Part shown: positions 42,371 to 55,499 of the stretch, in pieces
How the letters are laid out: each line of letters opens with the position of its first letter
How positions within the stretch are numbered: the first letter of the stretch is position 1
NCBI RefSeq assembly: GCF_009914755.1
Contig: NC_060934.1
Origin: the human T2T-CHM13v2.0 reference genome, Homo sapiens
DNA: 64,000 nt
Reading direction: 5' to 3' (one strand)
Notes under the pieces: generated by a model
The model's database searches: none
Told to the model about the DNA's origin: nothing
What the model saw: only the letters and a program-made list of their open reading frames with translations
Made by a program: the position numbers and the translations under genes

Positions 42371-43981
42371 AACATAAAGCTTCAAGCACACACTATGTTA
42401 AATGTGTTTGATAAATCCAGTGTTCAGGGTTATAATGCTTGCTTAGACTAACTGGTTTCACATGGGTACCTGTGACCAGCGTAAGGTCATTGCTAGGCAA
42501 AAACACTGTAATTTCTAGAAACAAATAGAACGTTCTACATACAACAAAAAATGTAAGTCATAGCATTTTGGAGATAATGCTGAATCTCATCAGGCACAGT
42601 CAACCAAAACCAGGTTCATTTCATTCTCAGAATTTCATCTACATTTGCCAGAGATTTTAAATTGAATAATGGACTGACTGTGCGTGAATGAAATGCATGC
42701 ATTTCTTTTATATTTCTGAAATAGCAATACAGGCTGAGACCCCAGCGGGGGAGCAGGGGAGCTGGGGGTCTGGGCGACAGTAGAGGAATGGTGTTGTGTG
42801 AGATAGGGACTTAATGAGATAAGGGAATATGTATTTTTGTGAGGGGAAAAAACTTCATAACATTTTTCATATGAAACATACACAAGAATAATGGAATAGA
42901 TTATATCTTATGAAATGTGGCCTACAGTAAGTTACTGTTGCATGTCTTCCTTCCATAGAAAAGGAATGAATTGGAGACATTCACTTATAATGAAAATTGT
43001 CTGTATTTTTCTCAATTGAGAGAGTTCATTGAGACTTCATAGAATAGTTTTATTACATATTACATAGGAAGGAAAAAACACAATTTTTTTGTTCCAATAA
43101 CAACCTTTTATCTAGCTCGACAATGCACTTCCACGGCAGCTGGATCAAAAAAAAAGAGACTGCTGCAATTCAGAGTCAAAGTGGAGTTTCTTTTCGAAGT
43201 GGTCATCAACAGCTTTTAGCAAATGAAGGAAGGGCATATCTTTCCGGGGAAAATGAAGCACCCCTTTCTTTGGCCCAAATGATGGTGAAGCTTCTTTTGT
43301 TTATTGGTGATGTTTTTTTTTTTCTTTTGGTTTTTGTTTGCTGGTTTTTGTTTTTTGTTTTTTGTTTTTTTCCCAACCGTTCGTTAAAAAGAAGAAAATG
43401 AGAGAGAGGACAAAAATGTGAACGTTATGCTATTTAGTGGTCATGCTCTAGAGGTTTTGAAAAAATAGCCATCAGCAGATGCATCAAGATATGACAGGGT
43501 TGCACATTAACTATTTTCCTGTCATACCAAGAATTCTGGAATCTTGTATTTTATTGCAAGCTGTCATCTCACCCACATTTTCAAGGTGACCTCAAGTCTT
43601 CTAGGTTCTCCTTCTCAAACAATTCTCATGTTTCTAGATTTGAGCTCTTCTAAACACCTCTGAGTATGACCTGAAAAAGTTATTTCTCCTTAAAATATGT
43701 CCGACAACTTCTCCTATGACTACCCTTTTTAAACATTCAAAATGACAGTATTTCCACTAAAACCACCTCTTTAACTGATGTTCGAACTTGGATGTGGATA
43801 CTCCTTTTGTAACATGGACGTATAGTAGATATCAGTGTGTCTGCTGCTTCTGTTTGTTGCTAAGGTTCATAGGGCATGTTCTCTTTTCCAATACTTTTTC
43901 CTGAAATACATTTTGTGATTTTTGTCATTGTTCCTTTGTCCAGGGATTCTTTAGGACAATTGTTTAAAATCTAAGCAGTTA

Positions 43982-44304
<323 letters not shown>

Positions 44305-44610
44305 CTAAGAAGTTTTAATTTATTTTTGTTGTTTATTTCTGATATCTGGAATTTTATTCAGATTATGTGGGTGGTACGTCTGTACATTTTTAGAATGTAT
44401 TGAAGTTATCTTTGAACCTAAGCCTATGAACAACTCTTGCAAATCTTCCATTGCTCTAAAAAAATACAAACTCCTTCTTTGGTTTTAAGTTTTATATGTA
44501 AATATTTATTATATCAAGCTTGTTGGTGATATTATTTAAATCTTATTTGACCTTACTTATGTTTTTAAATCTGTTTATTAATAAAGAAACACATTGAAGC
44601 TTCTTCTTCT

Positions 44611-44612
<2 letters not shown>

Positions 44613-44652
<40 letters not shown>

Positions 44653-45055
44653 TTCTTTAATTTTTACTTTAAGGATACACATGCAGGATGTGCGGGTTTG
44701 TTACACAGGTAAATGTGAGCCATGGTGGTTTACTGCACAGATCATCCCATCACCTAGGTATTAAGCCTAGCATCCATTAGCTATTCTTTCTGATGCTCTC
44801 TCTCCCCCAACACACCCCAGACAGAGCCCAGTGTGTGTTGTTCCCCACCATGTGTCCATGTGTTCTCATCATTCAGTCCCCACTTATAAGTGTGAATATG
44901 TGGTGTTTGGTTTTCTGTTCCTGTGTTAGTTTGCTGAGGATAAGGGCTCCTACATCCATCCATGTCCCTGCGAAGGACATGATTCCATTCCTTTTTATGG
45001 CTGCATAGTATTCCATGGTATAGATGTCCCACATTTTATTTATCCAGTATATCAT
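44613..45055 (-). mobile_element. L1PA 3' end with (TAA)n tail
   Basis: Minus-strand [30 protein letters not shown] (ORF2 C-terminus) plus L1PA 3'UTR; (ATT)n at 44613-44652. Confidence 0.92.
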
Positions 45056-47564
45056 TTTAGAGTTAAATTCTCCATCAATCTCAAGATGATTTTCCACATC
45101 TATTTTGCTTTATGTTGTTTGATACATAAAATGTGTGCCATTTAGTGACTTTGTGGTCATGGTGAGTGGTAGTGATTATTATATGCGATGAGTTTCTTGG
45201 TCCTGCTTGATGTTTCGGGCATACATTCTGCCACTGGACTTTTAATTTTCTGCCACTGAATGAGTCTCTTTATTTACATTTATTAATATAACCTATTCCA
45301 ATCCTTACTTAAAACTTTGGGGGTCTGGGACTTGAACTGCAGATAAGTGGCTTAATTATAACCTTGGTTCATGACACACCGATATTACCCATTCTAAAGC
45401 AAAACAAAACAAACAACAACAACCAAAAAAGCCTTACTAAAGCAAAAAGAACCTGAAAAATTACCCAGCAAATGATTCCCCAGATTCTGAGTTCACTTTC
45501 TTTTTCTCACACTCCTCTTTCTCCTCTTACTCTTCATGGTTCTCCTTCACACTGCTTCTCTTTCCCCCAAAGATTTCCATCTCTTTTGTCTCTATGTTTT
45601 GGCTTTGTGTTGTGAGGATTTATTTTACTTTCTCTTGTAGGCCACCAACTTGACAATGATATTGTATCAGTTCCTCTATTACACTTTCAAATTTTTAAAT
45701 TTCTTTTTACCTTTCCAGGAGGTTTTGTTTTTGTTTTTGCATGTGATCTAAGTCTATCCACTCGAGCTGTCTCATTTCCGGTTTTCTTGGTCAAAAGTAT
45801 CTGACTCTTCAATTCATTCTCCTTCTGTTGGATCTACCAGCTGCCCCAGGTGACAGAGACCCTTAAGTATGTTGCTGTTTTCCTTTGTCTATTCACTGTT
45901 TTCTGCTCCTCCACCACCCACAGACATCAGGTTGCTTGTGTTTCCAGGAAGTGGACCCTTGTCGAGTGGTAGAAAGCTAACAGTTCTGTTCTCTGTAGAC
46001 CGATGAAGCACTTCCTGGTGAAACATTTCTGCTGTTGGAATGAAGTTCCCAGTTTATCCTAGATCAAGCCTGTGCCTTCTGCTTTTTTTTTTTTTTTTTT
46101 AATTTTAAAGGTAGAGGTCAGTTTACCACTCTAGTTTTTCTGTAGTTCCATGGAGATTAAAGTGATCCTAGAATCACCCCCAGGACAGGACACAACTACT
46201 GGACACATGAGGCCTTTACCTAAGGACACCAGAGATTCTGTAGGTAGCCATCAAATCCCAGAGAGGGAAGCCATCTTGCTGCCCAGGATGATTCGCCAAG
46301 AGGCCAGTTGAAAAGGTCACAGTGTTCCTAGGAAGATCACGCAAAACCTGAGATCTTAGTTGGGAAGGCTAAATGACAGTCTGTTTTCATGACACAAAAG
46401 GAAAATATCACTAAATAATACTATGGCCTTCCTCTCATGCCAACTCAGAAGGCATTTTCATTCCCATCTCTAGGCCTTTCCAGATCTGGTCTCCTATGAA
46501 TACAAACTCTCTTTATATTTTATCTCTGACTTATAATGCAAGCTCCTTAAGGCCAAGAGTGTTTTATCTTTGACTATGTTATGTACAAGACTGATCACAG
46601 ATCTAGAGCTAATTGGTGGTTTTATATCATCATGATCATTACTATATTAAGTGTAGGTGTATATTAACCTGACAATTCAAATTTATAGGCTAGATAAATG
46701 GAGAATATTTGCTCATTTCATAAAAGTAGTTTGCCCAGGGCTTATTAAATCTCACATTCTTAAAAACATTTTATCAATGTAGAATAGGACTTTTCAACAA
46801 TACACATTTTGTAAAGTGGAAAATGCAATCTAAACTGGATTTTTAAAAAGAAAAGTTTTCATTGTGAGATTCCCGTTTATGATTGAAATCTCCCAGCGTA
46901 TGTTCAAACAGATTCCATCTCATGGGGTCTCTTGAGTATTCTTCCATCTTTATAATTTAATGGAGTGAGAAACTTCTCCCACAAACATCCTGCACGCTAG
47001 GCCTGTAGTCTAATCTCATGCTCCAATTTGCATCCTTTCTTTGCTCTATTAATTGAAATTAAAATAAAACATGCTCTTTACTGCTGCTGATCTTATAGGT
47101 ATAAATTATAAATTGATAAACAATTTGTAAGAATTCATTTTAATCAAATAATGTGTTAGTCTCTCAGCAAAATCCTTTTTTTAAAAAAAATGTTTTATCT
47201 TCATCTCAGGGTTTCCTAGAGTCCTTCTTTCGGTCCCTCTGTCATAAGAAATTTTGGATTCTTTTTCACTGGATGCAGATATCTCATTCAACTTGTTTTT
47301 GTTTGGTTTTAGTTGGTTTGGTTTGATTATTTACATCATAGCAGATGTCTGACACTTGATCAACTGTTAGACATATTTTATTGCAAGAAGTACCATTATA
47401 TGGTGTTACTAAGCAAGAAAAATTACTGTCAATTAAACTGTGAGACAACACTAAGATGGGCCCTGATTTCAAAGATGTTAAAATGTTAAAGTATAGGTGG
47501 TATACAAGTGAAGAAATATGGAAATAAGTATTTTCTGGCTTCTGATGCAGAAACAAAGAACTCC

Positions 47565-47872
47565 TTTTTTTTTTTTTTTTTTTTTTTGAGACGGAGTCTC
47601 GCTCTGTCACCCAGGCTGGAGTGCAGTGGCATGATCTCAGCTCACTGCAACCTCCGCCTCCCAGGTTCAAGCAATTCTCTGCCTCAGCCTCCCAAGTAGC
47701 TGGAATTTCAGTCCCCCACCACCATGCCTGGCTAATTTTTTTTTTTGTATTTTTAGTGGAGATGGGGTTTAACCATCTTGGCCAGGCTGGTCTTGAACTC
47801 CTGACCTTGTGATCTACCCACCTTGGCCTCCCAAAGTGCTGAGATTACAGGCGTGAGCCACCGTGCCCGGCC
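47565..47872 (-). mobile_element. Alu (AluSc/Sg-like)
   Basis: Full dimer, T23 tail, TSD caaagaactcctttt. Confidence 0.95.
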
Positions 47873-48509
47873 CAAAGAACTCCTTTTATGTTTGCAGAGC
47901 AACAATCAGTTTGATCCCTGCCACTTTCCTTTTCAACCTTTCTGAATTTCTAGAATAGCCTTATCACAGCAGGGAGCACATAGCAATGCCTATTCCCACC
48001 ACCTGTGGGTCCTAGTAAATCTGGTTCCCTGAAACAGGGCTAATCCTGGCAATGTCCTTACAAGTCACCATTTTCCCATATTGACCACAACACTGAATCT
48101 TTCTTGAATGAATCTATTTTCCCACCTGGCCTGATAGCCCCTCACTAAACCTGAAAACTGTGCAAAGCCTAACCTGGCTTGATGGAAGACCTGAAATTTT
48201 GTGGGGTTCTTTCTAGTTCTTTCAGTATGGCAGCTGGGAAGAATCCTGTCCCTTGTACTTCACCTATGCTGTTCTTAAGAGAACCATTTGTTGCCCCAGT
48301 CTTCCTATTTCCTACTTTCCTCCTCCTCGGACATCAGTGCCTACTGTCATCAAGGCTGTGACCACTATCTCCTCTGGAGATACACTTACCTGCTGGATTT
48401 CCTATACTTAACCTGCTGGATTTCCACATCAGCGGTCAACTCTTCTTGATAGTGGTACTTGAATCTTGCAATAGTCCCCAGAATGCTTGGCTGTGTATTT
48501 CTGGAATTC

Positions 48510-48629
48510 TTTTAAGAGATGGGGTCTTAGTATGTTGCCCAGGCTGGACTTGGACTCCTGGCCTCAAGCCATCCTTCTACCTCAACATCCCAAGTAACTG
48601 GGATTACAGGTGTAATCCTGTGCCCAGCT
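48510..48629 (-). mobile_element. FLAM / AluJ left monomer
   Basis: agagatggggtcttagtatgttgcccaggctgg...actcctggcctcaagccatcc...gggattacaggtg. Confidence 0.8.
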
Positions 48630-50399
48630 TGCAGTTCTAGATTTAAAACGAGTTGGCTGTTTTGATGATCTAGAGCTATAATGATCAGCATAACCACAAT
48701 AATGCCTCTCCCAGACCCATCCACACAAGGTACTAAACTAGCATCCAAAACTCGATATAAATAAGATAAATAAATAACTCACCTTTCCCACACATTTTCA
48801 GACTCCAGGGCCATAGTCTCCTCTAGTTAATGTTGCAATGTTTTATATTCAAAACTCAGCTGCCACCACCGAATTATCTCTAATTGGCTTAGATTGAGGT
48901 GGTCCATGGATGTCATTGTAATCCCTGACTGGACTTGTGGGTGTCCCTTCTCTCTGTCTTCTGCCCTGGCCTATGAAGTACTGCTGGAACAATGGTTTTC
49001 TCTGGGCCTCTGTGAGAAAAGGGAGGAAAAGGAAAAGAAAGACAGAGCTATGAGAGCAACCATTCCTTTGCTTCTTAAACCAGACTTCACAGAATGGAAA
49101 ATGGGGTGAACACAGTTTTGTCGAAATGAAGTCTGTCACTCTCATTTGGAGTCCATAACACAGAGTAGAAGAAAGGCTTCATAAGGCAGTAAAAGATCTA
49201 GTTTAAAACTGGTAGTTGGTCTGCTTATTTCTCTGATACTCAATTAACCCATTGTAAACTAGGGGAAGACTATCTTTCCTGTGTGGACCATTCTAGCACA
49301 AGAAAGGATGCAAATAAAAATGGCAACATCAATGCAGAAGAATGCTGTGAACTTTAAGACATTACACACCTGTAAAGGAAAGTAATTCATCATTTGAATA
49401 AAAATGATCTTGTCACATATTGTTTATTCTCCACCTCCTTTCTTTCTACCCTGGACCTGACACTCTGAACATTGCTGCCAGCTTTGGTGACCTTGCCTCT
49501 AGGTGAAGGTGCCTGCATACATACTGTATTCACAGACTGAACACTTGTCCCTGAAGGGCTGGGTTTAAGATAGAAAGAGATGTAAAAAATGGTGGAAATG
49601 CCCGAATGTAGAAGGCAAGTTTGAAGCTTCTGCATCTAGTTTGATTTGAGATTAAATGGGGTGCTGTTGATCTACATACCTTCCCTCGCCACACTTAATT
49701 TTGAAATGCACTTCAGATCTCATGCTATTCTACAACCTGAACAATAAAACCATGCTGTTTGTAAACAAAGCATTTCACGTATAAGAAACAGGCCCATTGT
49801 GCATTTTTTTCCATTTTATCCACATTTTCCCATAAAATCTATTTGTATGCCCACTTTTCAGACTGTTTCATTGCATGATATTTAAGCAATGGTCAATCCT
49901 ATTTGTGCTACATTTATGGGGATCCTTGAATTTCCAAAAGTAAAGAGGAGAATCTGCTGTTTAGCTAAGAAATCTGTTCAACTTAATACAGATTTTATAC
50001 CTTCTCTTAAATCCCAGACTGAGCTCTTCTTTTCCAATTCTTCAGAAATGAAGAAGACCTTATTTCTGACAAATTTATGGATACAGTGCATCTCTCTATC
50101 ATTAAAGGCAGACAGCATCTTTCAGATATAATGAGAATGTGAGTCATCACCCTAAAATCTGATCTGGTCCTAATTCAATTAAATCATTACCTTCTTGTCT
50201 TTCACTGATTTTCTTGCCTACAGAAAGCCATGCAATGAATGTCTTAAATGGCTATTTTTAAATAGTACGTGCATTCAAAGAAGGAGAAAAAACACACACA
50301 CACCATTTAATGCTAAAAAGGGAAATAAATTGCTGTTTTTTTTTTTTTAACAAATGGCTGGGAGGGTTATAATGTATTAGTTTTTTTTTTCCAGAGGTA

Positions 50400-50740
50400 A
50401 TCTTAGATGTGGAGTGAATGAAGTGAAGTCTGTTATCAATCCATAACATCTGCCGCAGTGTCAAGCGATGAAATGGGTGACTCCGGAGCCCAAGACAGCT
50501 GGGACGGCTTTCTTAATGCAGGAGGGTATTGTGCAAACAAACAGGCCCTGATACGGTCTATGGTTGTCACAATTATTCAGGCTGGTGATACATCTTCCCG
50601 TATTAGCTGCTTGAGCAGCCCTATTTCTTTTAAAAGTAAACTACTGTATAACAATCACCATCCTGGCCTGTAAGTCAGTGAGCACAAATAGAATAAATAC
50701 CCGAAATAAAAATAAATATAAATTAAAATTTATCGCCAGA
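50400..50740. promoter_or_regulatory. Candidate conserved non-coding element / enhancer
   Basis: Repeat-free, 6 CpGs within ~150 bp in a CpG-poor region; FOX-like GCAAACAAACA, MEIS-like TGTCA, SOX-like ACAAT, ATCAAT motifs. Confidence 0.35.
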
Positions 50741-52011
50741 GCAACAAACTGTAAAACAGATGCAGGACAAAACAAAACAAGACAAAACACCTGGAGGAGA
50801 GGCTGTGGAGAGAATGAGCAAACACAAATCCCAAACCTTACTCACAACAAAACAAAACTCTGAATGAGTAGCAATTTTCCTTACGCTTTACAGTGTTAGG
50901 GGTTCAAGTGTCTTTCAAGCTAAAAATAAAAACACTGTTTGGGGCATCTAATTTTAATTCATTCTTCTTTTGAGGTTTGTGACCAACATTGTGGGAATGG
51001 TAATTACAAATGAGGAGGCCTAAGTATTAAGCATGAGCAAAAGTTCTCTAAAATTAGGAAATGACCTAATTCAGTAATGTATGTACATAAATCTGTAGCT
51101 AAAGGAGATGCTGAATTTAATTACAAATAGAATCTTGGTTTCATCTATCTTTCTAGAAGGCACAGAAATGTTCTGATTCTTGTTCGTAAATTTGTCTTTC
51201 TAACACATCAGGAGCCTGGATTTCCGGCTGAAATACAACACCGTGCATTCTCCAATGTATAGCCTAGCTTTGGGTCAAAAATCTAGGACCTGCTGCAAGA
51301 ATTACTACGCACTCAAGTTCTCTGCACACTGAGCACGAAGGTTCATTGGAAAGGAGACTCTTGTGAGGCCTTGAAGCACATCCATTCACACCTAATAATT
51401 GTACAGATATGAAAAGTAACATCAGAGAAGTAAAGATTTTTCTAGGAGGCCATTTAGGTTTTGCTCTGTGCTTTATTCTATCACATTAGGCTGCCTTATT
51501 CTCTGTTACCTGCATATCTATGGTAGTATTAAAAGTAAGCCATTTTCAGTTTGCGTTAACAAGATGGATGTCTGAAAACCAAATACAACTGGAAAATTCA
51601 ATCCAAGTTACTGAGGTTTGACTGAGATATATTGATTCTTAAAAAACAAGATAATAAACTCTAAATATCCATTGAAATATTTTTATTTTTAATTTTACGA
51701 GGTGTGTACTGGTATAAATTTTGTAATACACATTTTTTAGTGTGTATACATTCTTGATTAAGTCAAGCCCAAGTGCCATGAAAGCTCAAAAATACACAAA
51801 TCAGTGTTTCTGTAAAGAAGGGTTTATATCTTAATCATTATTGTATTTTTCTCAACACCTCACACAATGCTCACAAATAACAGTTGTTAAATGCTGTTTC
51901 AACTTAAGTATATTTGTTGCCTTTATGTAAGCAAAAATAAGCTCAGTTTCTTAGAAATCACGTGTCAACATCGTGGAATATTTCCTCTCTGATAATGGGA
52001 CATCATTGCTT

Positions 52012-52660
52012 AGTCATTCATTCATTCATTTGAGAAGTGTTTCTTGACCATTCTTGTCTGGTCTATTCAGTTCTCCACATTAGAGATAAAACAGACAACC
52101 AGTGAACAAGGAAGAAATAGCACCTGCCTTCAAGAAGCTTACAGTCTATCAGAAAAGAATGACATTGAGCTAGTAATTCTAAGTATTACAAAGCAGAAAT
52201 TTAGGCAGCCACAACTGTATGTAGAAGGAAACTCAACCTGGTTTGGGAGGCAGTGCTATGAAGCCATAGGCCAATTCTCCAAGGAACTACTTGCATTTAA
52301 GCTAAGGTGCGCAGGCCGATTCTCCAAAGAACTTGCATTTAAGCTAAGGTGCCATAAAACATTTCGATGTAACAAATGGGAAAAAAATAGACCACACCTA
52401 GATACTAATGCTGCCTGTCCTCTTCTTTCATTGAGGAAAGAAAAGCCAAATTAATGCCCAGTTTCAAGTAGAAATATATTTTTGGTTTTGCAAAGAGAGT
52501 GTTGGGTTTGGTCACATACAAAAAAAAAGAAAGTCAAGGAAGAAATCACCTGTCGGGTTTAGATATGTAGAGTCAGAAGGATGTAATCCTAGACAAAGAG
52601 AAAGGCATGGACATTGGCAAGAAAAAGCACGGGGAGTTCACAAAACGTGTAGGGCTGATC
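52012..52660. mobile_element. L2 3' region interrupted by a ~200-bp templated insertion
   Basis: (TTCA)n end, cctgccttcaagaagcttacagtcta, catttaagctaag, then resumes with atcctagacaaagagaaaggcatg. Confidence 0.7.
52349..52552 (+). repeat. Inverted repeat copy A (partner 55298-55499)
   Basis: gtgccataa...aaagtcaaggaagaaatcacctg aligns by eye, end to end, to the reverse complement of 55298-55499 at roughly 85% identity. Confidence 0.93.
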
Positions 52661-52994
52661 TCCAGCCAGGAGCGCACATTTGTTGTTTAGTGTCTGGTGT
52701 CTATTCTGATTGGTTCAAAAAGACTTTGCTGAAATGGCGTCTTTCCTATGGAGGCACCCCAGTCCCACTAATGCTTCTCCTTCCCAAAACACTTACTTAA
52801 TTCTTCTCATAGCACTTTTATTTTTATAACAGATGTTGTAATTTACTCATTGATTATCCTATTTACTCTCTGTATTTTCCCATTGGAATAAAAGTAAGGG
52901 AAGGATCTGCATCTGTTTTGTGTGTTGATGTATTCTGAGCTTCTAGACAGTCCCTGACTTACAGTAGCTACTATAAAAAATTATCGAATTGAAC

Positions 52995-53510
52995 CTAGGG
53001 GACCTGACATGTTTTGCTCCATAATTCAGTGGTTCATTGCTGTTGTCCGCCAGGTCAGTCTGACTTGCTGTAGCATATAGATTCCAGCTAGTGGAAGGTA
53101 TAGCTTTTCCTAAAGCGCTGGGCTGGAAATGGTACAAGTCCTTTGCCTTCAAATTTTATTGTCAAGAACTGAATCACATAACCACACTTAACTGCAAGTG
53201 AGGATAGAAAATGCAAAAACCACCAGGTGTGGTGGCTCACGTCTGTAATCCCAGCTCTTAGGGAGGCAGAGGCGGGAGAATAGCTTGAGTCCAGGAGTTT
53301 GAGACTTGCCTGGGCAATATAGCATGACCCTATTCTCCACACAAAGGAAAAAAAAAAAAAAAGTGTAGCTCCCCTCAAAAGCAACAACCTCCCCAACTTT
53401 AAAAAAAAAGAAAGAAAATGCAAAAAGCATATATCCCCAAAGAAAGGAGAGTGTATTTTGATGGACAATTGGGAGTTTCTCTTACTTTGACCATACAACC
53501 AAATCACTGA
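52995..53510 (-). mobile_element. Old MLT1 (J/K-like) LTR fragment hosting the BC200 copy
   Basis: attgtcaagaactgaatcacataaccacacttaactgcaagtgaggatagaaaatg...ttttgatggacaattgggagtttctc is MLT1-like once the insert is removed. Confidence 0.6.
53221..53412 (+). pseudogene. BCYRN1-like: BC200 (BCYRN1) RNA retropseudogene, full length
   Basis: Alu domain with BC200 diagnostics (cccagctcttagggagg, atagcttgag, gcctgggcaatatagc, ttctcca..aaaggaaaa), A-rich spacer, unique 3' domain aagtgtagctcccctcaaaagcaacaacctccccaacttt, then A-tail; perfect TSD agaaaatgcaaaaa at 53206-53219 and 53413-53426. Confidence 0.92.
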
Positions 53511-54234
53511 AGGGAAGGTCTCTTCTTCAAAGTGTTACTGCTTCTTTCAACCAAGGCAGAGGTGTTTGTGAGAAAAAAAATCAAGTACATTCCTTTGCCA
53601 ATATTAGAATGTAACTGAAGGCATTATCTATCAATATTTTGTAAGTATTACAGAGGCAAAATTATGGAAGAGTAGCACATTGGCCTCATCAAAATATTTC
53701 AATAGTTAATTATATGCTATATATTTAAGCATTACATACCTCAGATATATTTGTATTGTCAAGAGATCAATCATCAAGTTAATAAATTATGCAACTTAAT
53801 TTTAAGTATGATTAGCCTAAATTATTAATAATTAAAAATTACAAATGTGGAAACAACATATTTAGAAAGTTACACGAAAAAATTTAAAACCTAATTTCTT
53901 TTTCATTGATTCAGTAAAGTTCCCATCATCTTGTTTATAGAAATTAGTATTCTAACTACACTTATCTTTTTAGTTTACAAAGCTAACAATCAAATTGTTA
54001 CATTTTATACGTCCAGAAGAGCTAAGAGAGCATTTCTTGCCCTCTTAGAATGAGAGGGGAATTCACACTTAATGAGTGACAAATGTGTGTCAGTAAATCA
54101 TATGCATGTTGATTTTCCAAATAGCTTGTGAGAGGGGCTTTGGATCTAGGTTAGTCTAAATCCAAAACCAAAGGAAGTTGTTCTAAAGAGGCCCACAATT
54201 TATTAATTCATTTATTCATATTACTTATTAGACA

Positions 54235-54375
54235 CCCATGTATAAATGTCTAAGTGCTGAGGGGCAGAAACCTTGTCTGTCTTGTTAGCAATGATAGTCT
54301 CAGTGCCTTAAACATTGCTAACAGGATTATGCATTCAAAAAAATCTTTGTTGAATGAATGAATGAATGAGTGAAT
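54235..54375. mobile_element. L2 3' end with (TGAA)n
   Basis: taagtgctgaggggcagaaaccttgtctgtcttg...tctcagtgcctta...ttgttgaatgaatgaatgaatga. Confidence 0.75.
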
Positions 54376-54881
54376 GCATGCTCAATGGTTGAAAATTTAC
54401 TGTGGGCAAATCATTGTGCTCGCTGCTCATAATACTGTGCTTGGGGTAAAACCTTGAGGATATTATATGAGGTCCCTTAAGTCTCTCTCTCTCTGTCTCT
54501 CTTTCTTTCTTTTGATTTGAATCCTATACTTCTCCTATGACAAGTCTGATTAAAAAAAAAACAGTTTTTCAGGATCTAAACATTCAGGAAGTTCCTCTGG
54601 TATTTGTAATTCTTTAATGGCGCAATATTTTCTAGACCACTAGAAATGGTGCAATATTTTCTAGACCACTATTTATTTACATAACTAACTCATTGCATAT
54701 AGCTCATTTAAAAATACCTTTTCAGAGGGAGGTGATGAAAATGGAATTGGGTACTTCAAGGAATCTCAACTAAATGATTATTTTTTAAAGGCAAACTTGG
54801 CCTTTTGCATTAGTATTTGAATCATTCAATTTCTATATCTGAAAATGCATTTGCAAGCTTGAGAAGATATGCCTTGGTCTG

Positions 54882-55120
54882 CTGTTTTTCAAACTATGAT
54901 TGAGAATCAACAGAGCGGTTAAATCAATTGTGTAGGTAAAAACTAGGTTTTGCAATGAAAGACAATATATTAGAATAAAATGAAATGAAATGACCAATAT
55001 CAAACTACACTACTCAACAAAGGTATAAGTCTTGCTTTATAAAACATTTTTATGTATGAATGTGTATGTTGAGTCAAGATATAATCTTCATGTTTAGAAA
55101 CAAAATAATTTGAAAAATAT
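54882..55120. mobile_element. Old hAT-Charlie type MITE (same family as the piece at ~16295-16425)
   Basis: ctgtttttcaaact ... tttgaaaaata terminal inverted ends; tagaataaaatgaaatgaaat internal tract. Confidence 0.5.
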
Positions 55121-55297
55121 CTCTCATGTAGGCATTGATAATTGATGGCAGTTTGAGAGAATAATTATTTTTCTTCTAAAAGGTCAGGATCCTAGCGTTA
55201 TGGTCTATGGAGGTCAATGACTTGGCAAAGACCTCTTTCTGGTGTGCAGTGATAATGGAAGCCACAATGTAATTGACATTATTCAAAATAGCTCCTG

Positions 55298-55499
55298 CAG
55301 GTGATTTCTTCCTTGACTTTTTTTCGTATGTGGCCAAACCCAACACTCTCTTTCCAAAACCAGAAACATATTTTTTACTTGAAACTGGGCATAAATTTGG
55401 CTTTTCTTTCCTCAATGAAAAAGGAGGCCATACAGCATCAGTATCTCGGTATGGTCTATTTTTTTCCCCCATTTGTTACCATAAAAGGTCTTATGGCAC
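55298..55499 (-). repeat. Inverted repeat copy B (probable donor)
   Basis: Reverse complement of 52349-52552; not embedded in a recognisable repeat. Confidence 0.93.

Noticed and set aside
52044-55472. Two ORFs sharing EKNRP..DT.A..P..SLRKEKPN, suggesting a paralogous gene pair
   Set aside because: Similarity comes from the DNA-level inverted duplication; frames break by stops and indels, and one lies in an L2.
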